Positions 41,023 to 50,450 of a stretch of DNA of 64,000 bases are shown here, piece by piece; position 1 is the stretch's first letter; the number at the start of each line of letters is the position of its first letter. The DNA is from Vicinamibacteria bacterium (GTDB lineage: Bacteria; Acidobacteriota; Vicinamibacteria; Marinacidobacterales; Marinacidobacteraceae): assembly GCA_963422395.1 (NCBI GenBank), contig OY729431.1, positions 672,001-736,000 of the forward strand. Direction: 5' to 3'. Made by a program: the position numbers and the translations under genes. The notes under the pieces are model-generated. The model worked only from the letters and a program-made list of their open reading frames with translations. It was not told where the DNA came from and made no database searches.

Positions 41023-41884
41023 GTCCGTTCCTAACGAGAGCGCCTCGGCGGAAGTTCCAGCGCCCCCGCAGCGCCGCCGCTCGCTGCTCTATGTCCCCGC
41101 TTCCAGCGAGCGGATGCTGGCGAAGGCGGCCTCGCGCGGCGCGGGAGTGCTGGTTCTCGACCTCGAAGACGGCGTCCACCCGGAGCACAAGGAGGCGGCC
41201 CGCCGCCGCCTGCCGCGTTCGCGGGCGGAACTGGCCGCGGGAGGTGCATCGGTCGTGGTGCGGGTCAACCCTCCGCTCGGCCCCGGAGGGGGCGCCGATA
41301 TCGAGGCCGCCGCCGCGGCCGGGTTCGATGCGGTGCTGTTGCCGAAGGCGGAGACCGCCGCTGCGGTTCGGGCGGCGCGGCGTCTCCTGGGAGCGCAGGC
41401 TCCGCTGTGGCTCATGATCGAAACCGCCCGGGGAGCCGCTGCGGTGTTTCCGCTCGCCGCGGAGGCGGGGGTGGAAGGGTTGGTGTTCGGCTCCGCTGAC
41501 TTCCGGCTGAGCATGGGGTCCTGCGCGACCCCCGGCGAATCGGAACTCGACCATGTCCGCCAGCGCATCCTGCTCGCGGCACGGGCCGCGGGCGTCTGCT
41601 GCTTCGATGCTCCGTGGTTCGCCTTCCGCGACCTCGACGGGCTTCGCCGCAGCGCCCGGCGCGCCTTCGAGCTCGGTTTCGACGGCAAGTCGGCGATCCA
41701 TCCGGGGCAGCTGCCGGTGATCCACGAGGCGTTCGCTCCTTCACCCGCCCAGCGCTCCTGGGCGGAACGGGTCGTCCGGGTGATGGAAGCCGCCGCGGCC
41801 CAGGGACGGGCGGTCGCCGAGCTCGAGGGAGAGCTCCTCGAGGAGCTCCACCTGCGGCAGGCGAAACGGCTGCTCGGGCGGTAG
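41021..41884 (+). CDS. CitE/HpcH-family CoA ester lyase (287 aa)
   Basis: RRSLLYVP, LDLEDGV, VRVN, LPKAE, MIETARG, FGSADF, GFDGKSAIHPGQ. Confidence 0.9.
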   Translation: MSVPNESASAEVPAPPQRRRSLLYVPASSERMLAKAASRGAGVLVLDLEDGVHPEHKEAARRRLPRSRAELAAGGASVVVRVNPPLGPGGGADIEAAAAAGFDAVLLPKAETAAAVRAARRLLGAQAPLWLMIETARGAAAVFPLAAEAGVEGLVFGSADFRLSMGSCATPGESELDHVRQRILLAARAAGVCCFDAPWFAFRDLDGLRRSARRAFELGFDGKSAIHPGQLPVIHEAFAPSPAQRSWAERVVRVMEAAAAQGRAVAELEGELLEELHLRQAKRLLGR

Positions 41885-41912
41885 TGCGGTCTGTTGCGCG
41901 GATGGAACCGGC

Positions 41913-43118
41913 TCAGCGCGCCGCGGCGACCACCCGGCCGAGCGCGATGCCGGCCAATTCCGAAAGATCCAGTCTGTCCCCGCTTACATTCCGGAGGAGG
42001 ATCACCGCGGCGTCGGTCTCCGGCTCGATCCAGGCGGCGGCTCGGTATCCGGCGACGCTGCCTCCATGCCCGTAAGCAGTGAACCCGCTTCCCGTCGGAT
42101 CTTCGAGCCGCCGCGCCATGAATCCGAAGCCGTAGCCGCTCGACAGGTCTCCGGCAGCGAACACCTTCGTCAGGTTCTCTCTGCGGACCGCGGCCGGGAT
42201 CACGGCCTCGAAGGGCTCTCCGCCGACTCCGGCGAGAAACCGCAGGAACACCGAGAGATCGGCCAGCGTCGAATAGAGCGCCCCGTTCGGCACCTTGTAG
42301 CCGCGTCCGGCGTGTTCGCGTGCCGGGGTGTCCCCATCGAGCGCGCCGTCGTCCCCGACCGAGACTCCCGCAGCGATCCGCGCGGAGAGTTCCTCCGTCG
42401 GATAGAAGACCGTCGAGTCCATTCCCAGCGGTGCGAGCAGCTTTGCCGCCGCCTCGGCCATGAAGGGTTCGCCGGCGGCGCGCGCAACCGCCGCGCCGAG
42501 CATCGCGTAGCCGATGTTGGAGTACTGGTATCGGGTTCCCGGCTCGTACTCGAAGGAGGTCGCTTCGAGCGCGCGGAACGCCGTCTCGAGCCACTGGTCG
42601 GGCGCGCCGACCAGGTACTCCGGCAGATTCTCCGGCTCGCGGGCGAGCCCGCCGGTCATCGTCCCGAGCTGGTAGAGGCTGGGCCCGGGGGTCCAGGAAA
42701 AGGGATTCCGCACTCGTTCGAGTTCGGGCACGAAGGCCCGCACCGGGTCCCCGAGCCGCGCTTTCCCCTCGTGGACGAGGCGCAGCATGGACATCGCGGT
42801 GACCGGCTTCGTGATCGAGCCGATGCGGAACAGATGGTCGGCGCGGACCGGGACCCGGTGTTCGAGGTCGGCGAAACCGAATCCGCCCGCATACGCGGGC
42901 TCCCCGCCGACGAAGACGCCGAACGCCGCTCCGCCGCGGCCGTCTGCTTCGAAGACCCGGCGGAGGTCTTCGGCAGCGAGGGCCGCCGCTTCGGGAACCG
43001 ACGGAGCGGAGGCCGGTACCGGCTGCGGGCCGCAGGCGGCGGACGCCGCCCCGAGCAGGCACCAAGCGAGCGCCGCCCGTCCGGCCGCAGCGAAGAACGA
43101 GGGAACCGCAGGAGACAT
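41913..43118 (-). CDS. serine hydrolase, beta-lactamase family (class C-like), probable lipoprotein
   Basis: FRIGSITK (SxxK), YQYSN, GHGG. Lipobox-like SAAC. Confidence 0.88.
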   Translation of the reverse strand: MSPAVPSFFAAAGRAALAWCLLGAASAACGPQPVPASAPSVPEAAALAAEDLRRVFEADGRGGAAFGVFVGGEPAYAGGFGFADLEHRVPVRADHLFRIGSITKPVTAMSMLRLVHEGKARLGDPVRAFVPELERVRNPFSWTPGPSLYQLGTMTGGLAREPENLPEYLVGAPDQWLETAFRALEATSFEYEPGTRYQYSNIGYAMLGAAVARAAGEPFMAEAAAKLLAPLGMDSTVFYPTEELSARIAAGVSVGDDGALDGDTPAREHAGRGYKVPNGALYSTLADLSVFLRFLAGVGGEPFEAVIPAAVRRENLTKVFAAGDLSSGYGFGFMARRLEDPTGSGFTAYGHGGSVAGYRAAAWIEPETDAAVILLRNVSGDRLDLSELAGIALGRVVAAAR

Positions 43119-43225
43119 GGCGGCCCCGAACGATACCCGGACGCTGCCCGAGATGTGTCGCCGCTCGGACGCCGAGCGGCTTCGTCCACCGGCTGCCGAG
43201 ACGCCGAAGCGGTAGCATCGGGGCG

Positions 43226-46200
43226 ATGCGGCGGCTGACGGCCTTCCTCGGGCTTTTACTCGGTGCAGCGGCGGCAGTCTCGGCGGCAGCAGTCTTGGCT
43301 GCAGGGCCCGAGGAAGGGACGGCCGCCCGCGCGCAGGAGGAAGGCGCCTCGCTCCCGGTCCGGGTCAGCGAGGGGACCAACTTCGCGGCCGCCGTCTCTC
43401 CGGAGGGCGCGGCGATCGTCCTGGACCTGCAGGGAACGCTCTGGCGGCTCGCCGCGGCCGGCGGCGAAGCGACGGCGCTCACCGACGGCCTCGGCGACGA
43501 TCGGCTTCCCGATTTCCACCCCGACGGCCGCAGCGTCGCCTACCAGTCGTTTCGCGCCGGAACCTGGGACATCTGGCAGCTCGCCCTACCCGAAGAGCTG
43601 CCCTCCGGGGAGCTGCCGTTCGGGGAGCCGGAGCCGCTCACCGCGACGAACTTCGACGACCGGGAGCCCGCCTGGTCCCCCGACGGCTCGCGGCTCGCGT
43701 TTTCCTCGGACCGCTCCGGCACCTACGACATCTGGGTGCTGGAACTCGCCAGCGGCGAGGCGTCTCCGGTGACCAGCGCTCTCGGAAACGAATCGCAGCC
43801 CGCCTGGACCCCCGACGGCGCCGGCCTCGTCTTCGTCGCCGCACCCGAGGGCGAAGCCGAGAGCGTCCTGATGCTGCTCTCCCTCGAAGGCGGCGATCCG
43901 ACCCCCGTTCCCGGAACCTCCGGCAGGGTCGCGGCTCCCTCGGTCAGCCCCGACGGTGGCCGCGTCGTCTTCCACCGCCTCCACTATGAGGGGCTGACCC
44001 TGATGGGAAGCCGTTTCGACATCGGAGTCTCGAGCGAATGGGTGCTCGCGCCGCTTTCTCCGGCCGCCGCGCCGGCCGCGAGCGGGGCCCGGACGCTCCC
44101 GGCGGTCCTCACCGCCGCCGGAGAAGACCTCTTCCCGTTCCGCCCGCAGTGGCTCGACGCCGACACCCTGCTCTATACCGCGGACGGAGGAATCCGCCGC
44201 CTCGGGATCGGATCCGCGGGCGTTTCCGGCGGGGAACCCGAAGCGCCCGAGCGGGTCCCGATGTCCCTCACCCTCGCCGTCCGCCGGGCCCCGGAGCGCC
44301 GGGGGAAGATCCGCACCGGGTCCACCGAAGCGATGCCGGTCCGGGGAATCCTCCGGCCGAGCGTCAGCCCCGACGGGACCCGGCTCCTCTACGCCGCGCT
44401 CGGCGACCTCTGGACCGCTCCGCTGGATGGGTCTGCGGCGCCGCAGCCGCTCACCCGCGACAGCTGGCTGGACACCGATCCGGTGTGGCTGCCCGATGGG
44501 CAGAGCGTCCTGTTCGCGAGCGATCGGGGCGGAACGATGGACCTCTGGGAAAAGCGGCTCGACTCGGGGCCGGGTGCGGGGTTGACCCGGCATACCGGCC
44601 GGCTCGGCGCCGAGGTGAGCCCAGCGGTGAGCGCCGACGGTTCGAGGATCGCCTGGCTCGACGAGGCCGGGAACCTGCGGATCACGCCGCGCGGGCCGGA
44701 CGCCGGCCCGGCCTCCGGCGAGGGAGAGACCCTCTACCGGGCGCGGCGGGGCGCGGGAATGCCGAGCTGGTCTCCCGACGGCGACACGATCGCGCTTTCG
44801 AGCCTGAGCCCCTTCTCTTCCCGTTTCCGCGAGGGTCGGAACCGGGTGGTTCTGGTGTCGGCGGCGACCGGCGAGGCGCGCGTCCTCGACGAGCCGGCGG
44901 CGAGCTTCGGAACCCGCGATTCCGACGGTCCGGTCTTCTCTCCCGATGGAAGCCGGCTCGCCTTCGCCCTCGACGGCGGGCTCGCGCTGCTCGCGTTGGC
45001 CGACGACGGTTCGCCCGCCGGGCCGCCGCAGCGGATCTTCGAGGGACCGGTGGACTTCCCCGCCTGGACCCCCGACGGGCAGAGCCTGACTGCGGTTTCC
45101 GGCGCCGGGCTGGTGCGCATCGCGGCGGACGGCAGCGGCTCGGAGCCGATCCGCCTGCGCCACGAATTCGTGGTTCCCGAACCCTCGGGGAAATTGTTGT
45201 TCCACGATGTCGCGGTCCTCGATGTCGAGCGGGGGGAGACTCTGCCCGGCCGGGATGTCCTGGTGGATGGGGGCCGCATCGTCTCCATCGCGCCCACCGG
45301 CGAGCCTTCCGACGACGGCACGCGGGTGGTTCGCGGGGAGGGTTCCACGCTGGTTCCCGGCCTCATCGAGATGCATACCCACCCGCTGGGGCCCGCCTTC
45401 GGGAATCGCTTCGGACGGACGCACCTCGCCTACGGGGTGACCTCGGTGCGGATCCCCGCCGCCGCCACCTACCGCGTTCTCGAAGAGCGGGAGTCCATCC
45501 TTTCCGGGCGGCGGGTGGGCCCGCGCCTGTTCCTGACCGGGACCACGCTCGATGGGAGCCGTATCTACTACCCGGGGGCGGCGGCTCTCACGAGCGAGCG
45601 GGCGGTCGCGGCGGTGCTCGGCCTGGCCCGCGACCTCGATTACGACCTGGTCAAGACCTATGTGCGGCTCGACGACGCCTCCCAGCGGGACGCCATTCGG
45701 CGTGCCCACCGCTTTCGCGCCTTCGTGACCTCGCACGAGCTGTACCCCGCGGTGCGTCATGGAGTGGACGGGATCGAACATCTCAAGGGGACTTCGCGCC
45801 GCGGCTTTTCCCCCAAGGTGACCGACCTCGGACGCTCCTATCAGGATGTCCGCGCGCTCATCGCCGAGTCCGGCGTCTTCTTCACTCCGACGCTGCTGAT
45901 CTACGGCGGCTGGGATCTCGCCCTCGCGCGGGAGCCCGGGCTGCTCGCCGCCGACCGCCGCATCCGCGCCTTCCCCGCCTGGCTGGCTGCCCGCCTGACC
46001 GCTCCGCCGGACGAAGCCGCAGACCCGGCTGCCCGGCTGGCTCTGATGCAGCCCATGTGGGAGACCATCGCCTCGATCGCTGCCGCCGGAGGGCGGATCA
46101 TCGCCGGCACCGACACTCCGATCGTGCCCTACGGGCTGGGACTCCTCCTCGAGATCGAACAGCTGGCGGAAGCGGGGCTCGGCCCCGCGGGGGCGATCCG

Positions 46201-46390
46201 CGCTGCGACCGTGACCGCCGCGGAAGCGCTCGGACTCTCGGGAGAGCTCGGGGTGATCGCACCCGGCGCCCTCGCCGATCTGGTGCTCCTCGAAGGGGAT
46301 CCGCTCGAGGACATCCGCAACCTCCGTCGGGTCCGGGCGGTCGTGTCCGATGGACGGCTCGCGACGCTCGACCAGCTGCTCGCCTTTTGA
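43226..46390 (+). CDS. secreted TolB/PD40-repeat protein fused to an amidohydrolase domain (1054 aa)
   Basis: Signal peptide. Many SPDG/PAWSPDG repeats. PGLIEMHTH metal motif, AGTD, IAPGALADLVLL.GDP. Confidence 0.9.
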   Translation: MRRLTAFLGLLLGAAAAVSAAAVLAAGPEEGTAARAQEEGASLPVRVSEGTNFAAAVSPEGAAIVLDLQGTLWRLAAAGGEATALTDGLGDDRLPDFHPDGRSVAYQSFRAGTWDIWQLALPEELPSGELPFGEPEPLTATNFDDREPAWSPDGSRLAFSSDRSGTYDIWVLELASGEASPVTSALGNESQPAWTPDGAGLVFVAAPEGEAESVLMLLSLEGGDPTPVPGTSGRVAAPSVSPDGGRVVFHRLHYEGLTLMGSRFDIGVSSEWVLAPLSPAAAPAASGARTLPAVLTAAGEDLFPFRPQWLDADTLLYTADGGIRRLGIGSAGVSGGEPEAPERVPMSLTLAVRRAPERRGKIRTGSTEAMPVRGILRPSVSPDGTRLLYAALGDLWTAPLDGSAAPQPLTRDSWLDTDPVWLPDGQSVLFASDRGGTMDLWEKRLDSGPGAGLTRHTGRLGAEVSPAVSADGSRIAWLDEAGNLRITPRGPDAGPASGEGETLYRARRGAGMPSWSPDGDTIALSSLSPFSSRFREGRNRVVLVSAATGEARVLDEPAASFGTRDSDGPVFSPDGSRLAFALDGGLALLALADDGSPAGPPQRIFEGPVDFPAWTPDGQSLTAVSGAGLVRIAADGSGSEPIRLRHEFVVPEPSGKLLFHDVAVLDVERGETLPGRDVLVDGGRIVSIAPTGEPSDDGTRVVRGEGSTLVPGLIEMHTHPLGPAFGNRFGRTHLAYGVTSVRIPAAATYRVLEERESILSGRRVGPRLFLTGTTLDGSRIYYPGAAALTSERAVAAVLGLARDLDYDLVKTYVRLDDASQRDAIRRAHRFRAFVTSHELYPAVRHGVDGIEHLKGTSRRGFSPKVTDLGRSYQDVRALIAESGVFFTPTLLIYGGWDLALAREPGLLAADRRIRAFPAWLAARLTAPPDEAADPAARLALMQPMWETIASIAAAGGRIIAGTDTPIVPYGLGLLLEIEQLAEAGLGPAGAIRAATVTAAEALGLSGELGVIAPGALADLVLLEGDPLEDIRNLRRVRAVVSDGRLATLDQLLAF

Positions 46391-46541
46391 CCAGGCTGCT
46401 GGCAGACGGGTTGCGCCGATCGAAAAGCGATTTCGGGGCATACTTCGAGATTCGGCGCCTGCGCGTTGTTTCTTCAGGGGAACGCACGGCGTTTACGGGT
46501 CTGGCACGGCTCGCTCTAGCGAGCCTCGATAAGGAAATGAC

Positions 46542-46817
46542 ATGACCAAAGTCGAACTCATTCGAACCCTGGCCGACGCGGCCGGGATCAGTCGCCGGGA
46601 AGGCGCAGCGGTCCTCGACGGGCTCCGCGATCTCGCCGTGGAGGAACTTCGTAGCGGGAACGACTTTCTGTTGCCCGGGATGGTGAAGCTCTCCGTGGTG
46701 CACCGCGAGGCCCGCATGGGCCGCAATGTGCGGACCGGCGAGGCGATCGAAGTCCCGGCCCGGGATGTGGTCCGGTGCAAGGTCTCTCGCCCGTTCCAGG
46801 CCGACTGCTGCGACTGA
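46542..46817 (+). CDS. hup: HU family DNA-binding protein
   Basis: MTKVELI, LPGMVKL, REARMGRNVRTGEAIEVPA. AAGGA SD. Confidence 0.88.
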   Translation: MTKVELIRTLADAAGISRREGAAVLDGLRDLAVEELRSGNDFLLPGMVKLSVVHREARMGRNVRTGEAIEVPARDVVRCKVSRPFQADCCD

Positions 46818-46884
46818 CCGCCCGCGTCAGAGGCGGCCGGCACTGCCGGACGGGCCCTCGCTGCCGCTGGCTGGGCCGCGTTCG

Positions 46885-48531
46885 GTGAGCCCTTCGGGGG
46901 AGGCGGCCGGGCGTTCCGGCGCCCACCCGGCGGCCGCCGCTTCGAGGCGCCCGGCTTCGGCCGGCGGCCTCTATCCGGCCGTCGATCTGTCCTCCTACCG
47001 GGACGATGCGGCGCTTTGGCGCCGCGTTCCGATGGAGCTGGTGCGGCGCTACCGGTTCGTTCCGCTGCGAGAAGACGGCGAGCGCCTCTGGATCGCCGTC
47101 GCCGCTCCGGTGCCCGAAGCCGACATGGATCGGCTCGAGCTCTTGCTCCGGCGTCCGCTCGTCGTCCAGGCGGCGGATGAGGACCGGATCCGGGAGATCA
47201 TCGAGCGAAACACGAATTCCAGCTTCCTGCTCGACCGGGCGTCCGAGGACCTTCGCATCGAACGGCTCGGAAGAGATGAGGAAGGGGTGGGGCCGCCGCT
47301 GATCTCGCTCGACGCCCTCGAGAACGATCCGGGCGGCAGCCCGGTGGTCCGCCTGGTGGACTCGCTGCTCGTGAACGCGATCGAGAGGCGCGCGACGGAC
47401 ATCCATATCGAAACGAAGGCCAGCGAGGTCGTCCTCAAGTACCGGGTGGACGGGGTTCTCTACCCGGCGATGGATCCCGTGGACGCAGCCCATCATCAGA
47501 CCATCGCGGCCCGGCTGAAAGTGATGGCGGACCTCGATGTCGCGGAGCGGCGGGTGCCGCAGGACGGCCGGTTCCGGGCGGCGCTCCCCGCTGGCCCCGA
47601 AAGCGGATTGCGCACCGTGGATTTCCGCGTCTCGGTCATGCCGAGCGTCCACGGCGAAGATGTGGTCATCCGGGTGCTCGACAAACAGAGCCTCGGGTCC
47701 CGGTTCGAGGCCCTTTCGCTTCCGGCGCTCGGTTTCGCCGGCCGTGAACTCGAGCTGCTGCGCGCCCACATCCGCCGGCCCTTCGGGATGTTCCTGGCGA
47801 CCGGCCCCACCGGCAGCGGCAAGACGACGACCCTCTACGCGGCGCTCTCGGAAGTCGCCTCTGCGGAGGAGAAGATCGTGACCGTCGAGGATCCGGTGGA
47901 GTACGAAATCGCCGGGGTGACCCAGGTCCCGGTGAACGAAAAGAAGGGGCTCACCTTCGCGCGCGGCTTGCGCTCGATCCTCCGGCACGACCCCGACACC
48001 ATCATGGTGGGTGAGGTGCGGGACCCGGAGACCGCCTCGATCGCCGTCCAGGCGGCGCTGACCGGCCACCTCGTGCTCACCACGGTGCACGCCAACCACG
48101 CCCTCGATGTCATCGGACGGTTCCTCCACATGGGTTCCGATCCGTACAACTTCGTCTCGGCGCTCCACTGCATCGTGGCCCAGCGCCTCGTCCGCCTGCT
48201 CTGCGCCGCCTGCCGGCGGACCGCGGCGCCGGACGCTGCCGAGCGGGAGGCGCTCGAAGCGGTCTCCGAACTCCCGGAGCAGGTCTATCGTCCGGAGGGC
48301 TGCCGGAAGTGCCAGGGAGCCGGATTTCGCGGACGGACCGCCATCGCCGAGGTTCTGCCGCTCAGTCCGACCCTGCGGGAGATGATCCTCGAACGGCGCG
48401 GCGCCCAGGAGGTGCGGCAGCAGGCGGACCGCGAGGGAATGGTCTCGCTGCGGCGGAATGCGCTCGCTGCGGTGGCGCGCGGTCTGACCACCCTCTCCGA
48501 GGTGAATCGGGTGACCTCCGATGACCTCTGA
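46885..48531 (+). CDS. GspE/PilB-family secretion ATPase (start uncertain)
   Basis: ATDIHIE, AERRVPQDGR, Walker A GPTGSGKTT, TVEDPVEY, LRHDPD.IMVGEVRD, TGHLVLTTVH, Zn motif CAAC/CRKC. Confidence 0.9.
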   Translation: MSPSGEAAGRSGAHPAAAASRRPASAGGLYPAVDLSSYRDDAALWRRVPMELVRRYRFVPLREDGERLWIAVAAPVPEADMDRLELLLRRPLVVQAADEDRIREIIERNTNSSFLLDRASEDLRIERLGRDEEGVGPPLISLDALENDPGGSPVVRLVDSLLVNAIERRATDIHIETKASEVVLKYRVDGVLYPAMDPVDAAHHQTIAARLKVMADLDVAERRVPQDGRFRAALPAGPESGLRTVDFRVSVMPSVHGEDVVIRVLDKQSLGSRFEALSLPALGFAGRELELLRAHIRRPFGMFLATGPTGSGKTTTLYAALSEVASAEEKIVTVEDPVEYEIAGVTQVPVNEKKGLTFARGLRSILRHDPDTIMVGEVRDPETASIAVQAALTGHLVLTTVHANHALDVIGRFLHMGSDPYNFVSALHCIVAQRLVRLLCAACRRTAAPDAAEREALEAVSELPEQVYRPEGCRKCQGAGFRGRTAIAEVLPLSPTLREMILERRGAQEVRQQADREGMVSLRRNALAAVARGLTTLSEVNRVTSDDL

Positions 48532-48612
48532 CCGCCCGGACGCCGGATCGGGCTCGGCGCGGACTACCGCAGGCCGCCCCGGCTCGTTTCCGCGGGGGCC
48601 GGCGGCGGGCTG

Positions 48613-49488
48613 GTGACGGCGAGCCTCGAACCTCCGGCCGGCGGCTCCGGCTCCGGAGTGGGGCCGGGGGGGGCCGGCAGCGCGTGGCGGCCGCAAGACC
48701 TCGAAGCGCGGCTCGCCCAGCGGGATCGACTCTCCCGGGACGCCCAGCTGCTCCACTTCGACAGCGGCGTGCCTGCCGGGGTCCGGCCCGGCCAGTTCAC
48801 CATGGTGCGCCTCGCCGGCGGCGGGCTGCTGCGCCGGCCGTACTCGTTTTGCGATCTCGCCGGAGACCGCGGCTTCAGCCTGCTGGTCAAGGAAGCGGGC
48901 GTCGGCACCCGGGCGCTCCTGAACCTGCCCGTCGGCGAGGTCCTGTTCGGTCTCGGCCCCCTCGGGACTGCATTCGACCCGCCGCCGCCGGACCGCACCC
49001 CGGTCGTGGTCGCGGGCGGAGTGGGCATCGCCCCGTTCGTGCTGTTCTGCCGCCGTCTCGCCGAGACCGGTCGGCGGGGCATCGTGCTTCTCGGGGGGAG
49101 GAGCGAACCGGACCTCTACCTTCGGGAGAACTTCGCGGAGCTGGGGATGGAGGTGCGCACCGCGACCGAGGACGGAACCCTGGGCCGGCGGGGCTTCGTG
49201 ACCGAATTACTCGAAGCGGCTCTCGCCGACGCCGGCGCGCCCCAGCTCTATTCGTGCGGCCCCACCGGAATGCTCCGGCGGCTGGCCGAGGTTTCGGAGA
49301 CGGCGGGTGTTCCGCACCAGGTGTCCATCGAGCGGCGGATGGGTTGCGGGATGGGCTGCTGTCTCGGTTGCGTGGTCTGGGCGGCGCCTTCGCCCGGGCG
49401 CCCGCCGGAGTACCTGCGAAGCTGTACCGAGGGTCCGGTGTTCGACGCCGGGCGGATCGTCTGGGACCGGGATCCGCATCCGCTTTGA
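48613..49488 (+). CDS. pyrK: dihydroorotate dehydrogenase electron transfer subunit
   Basis: PGQF, RRPYS, GPLG, AGGVGIAP, CGP, 2Fe-2S motif MGCGMGCCLGC...C.EGPVF. Confidence 0.92.
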   Translation: MTASLEPPAGGSGSGVGPGGAGSAWRPQDLEARLAQRDRLSRDAQLLHFDSGVPAGVRPGQFTMVRLAGGGLLRRPYSFCDLAGDRGFSLLVKEAGVGTRALLNLPVGEVLFGLGPLGTAFDPPPPDRTPVVVAGGVGIAPFVLFCRRLAETGRRGIVLLGGRSEPDLYLRENFAELGMEVRTATEDGTLGRRGFVTELLEAALADAGAPQLYSCGPTGMLRRLAEVSETAGVPHQVSIERRMGCGMGCCLGCVVWAAPSPGRPPEYLRSCTEGPVFDAGRIVWDRDPHPL

Positions 49489-50450
49489 TGGCTTCCGACG
49501 CGGCCGCGCCCGTCGCCATGGGCGTCGAGGTAGCGGGTCTTTCGCTGCCCACGCCGCTGATCGCCGCGAGCGGCACCTTCGGCTACGGCGACGAGTATCA
49601 GGGGGTCGCCGACTACGACTGCATCGGCGCGGTGTCGGTGAAGGGGCTCTACCTCGAACCCCGCGGGGGGTGCCCGCCGCCGCGCATCTGGGAGACGCCT
49701 TCCGGGATGCTGAACGCCATCGGCCTCCAGGAGGTCGGCATCCGGCGCTTCCTCGCCGACAAGCTGCCGGCGGTCCGCGCCCTCGGCAAGATCGTGCTGG
49801 CCAACATCTGCGGCAGTTCGCTCGCCGAGTACGGCGAACTTGCACGGATTCTCGACCAGGCCGAGGGCGTTTGCGGGATCGAGGTGAACATCTCCTGCCC
49901 CAATGTCGCGGCGGGCGGGATCGAATTCGGATGCGATCCGGACCTGGCGGCGCGGGCCACCGAAGTCGTCCGCCAGGGGACCGGGCTGCCGGTGATCCCC
50001 AAGCTGAGCCCGAGCGCCAGCGATCTGGCGGCGGTGGCGCGGCGGGTCGAGGAGGCGGGAGCGGACGCGGTGTCGCTCATCAACACCATCCCCGCGATGG
50101 CGGTGGATGTGGAAACCCGCCGCCCGCGGCTCGCCAACATCGTGGGAGGGCTCTCGGGGCCGGCGATTCGCCCCATCGCCGTCCGCATGGTGTGGGAAGT
50201 CGCCCGCGGCTGCCGGCTGCCGGTGATCGGGATCGGCGGCATCGCCTCCGCCGAGGACGCGGTGGAATTCCTGCTCGCCGGAGCGGCCGCGGTGCAGATC
50301 GGCACGATGAACTTCGTGGAGCCCGGAGTCTGGCGGCGCACTTTCGACGGTCTCGAGGCCTATTGCCGGCGCCATCGCGTCGCCGCGGTGAACGAGCTCA
50401 CCGGGGCGCTGCTGCCGTTTCCAGATCCGGGGTCGGAGGCCGGCCGGTGA
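49488..50450 (+). CDS. pyrD: dihydroorotate dehydrogenase (family 1B) catalytic subunit
   Basis: ASGTFGYG, GMLNAIGL, EVNISCPN, PKLSP, INT, GGLSGPAIRP. TGATG overlap with pyrK. Confidence 0.94.
   Translation: MASDAAAPVAMGVEVAGLSLPTPLIAASGTFGYGDEYQGVADYDCIGAVSVKGLYLEPRGGCPPPRIWETPSGMLNAIGLQEVGIRRFLADKLPAVRALGKIVLANICGSSLAEYGELARILDQAEGVCGIEVNISCPNVAAGGIEFGCDPDLAARATEVVRQGTGLPVIPKLSPSASDLAAVARRVEEAGADAVSLINTIPAMAVDVETRRPRLANIVGGLSGPAIRPIAVRMVWEVARGCRLPVIGIGGIASAEDAVEFLLAGAAAVQIGTMNFVEPGVWRRTFDGLEAYCRRHRVAAVNELTGALLPFPDPGSEAGR

Noticed and set aside
41913-43118. Antibiotic-resistance beta-lactamase
   Set aside because: SxxK/YxN/HGG motifs define the broad serine hydrolase family. Nothing in the sequence supports true beta-lactamase activity.
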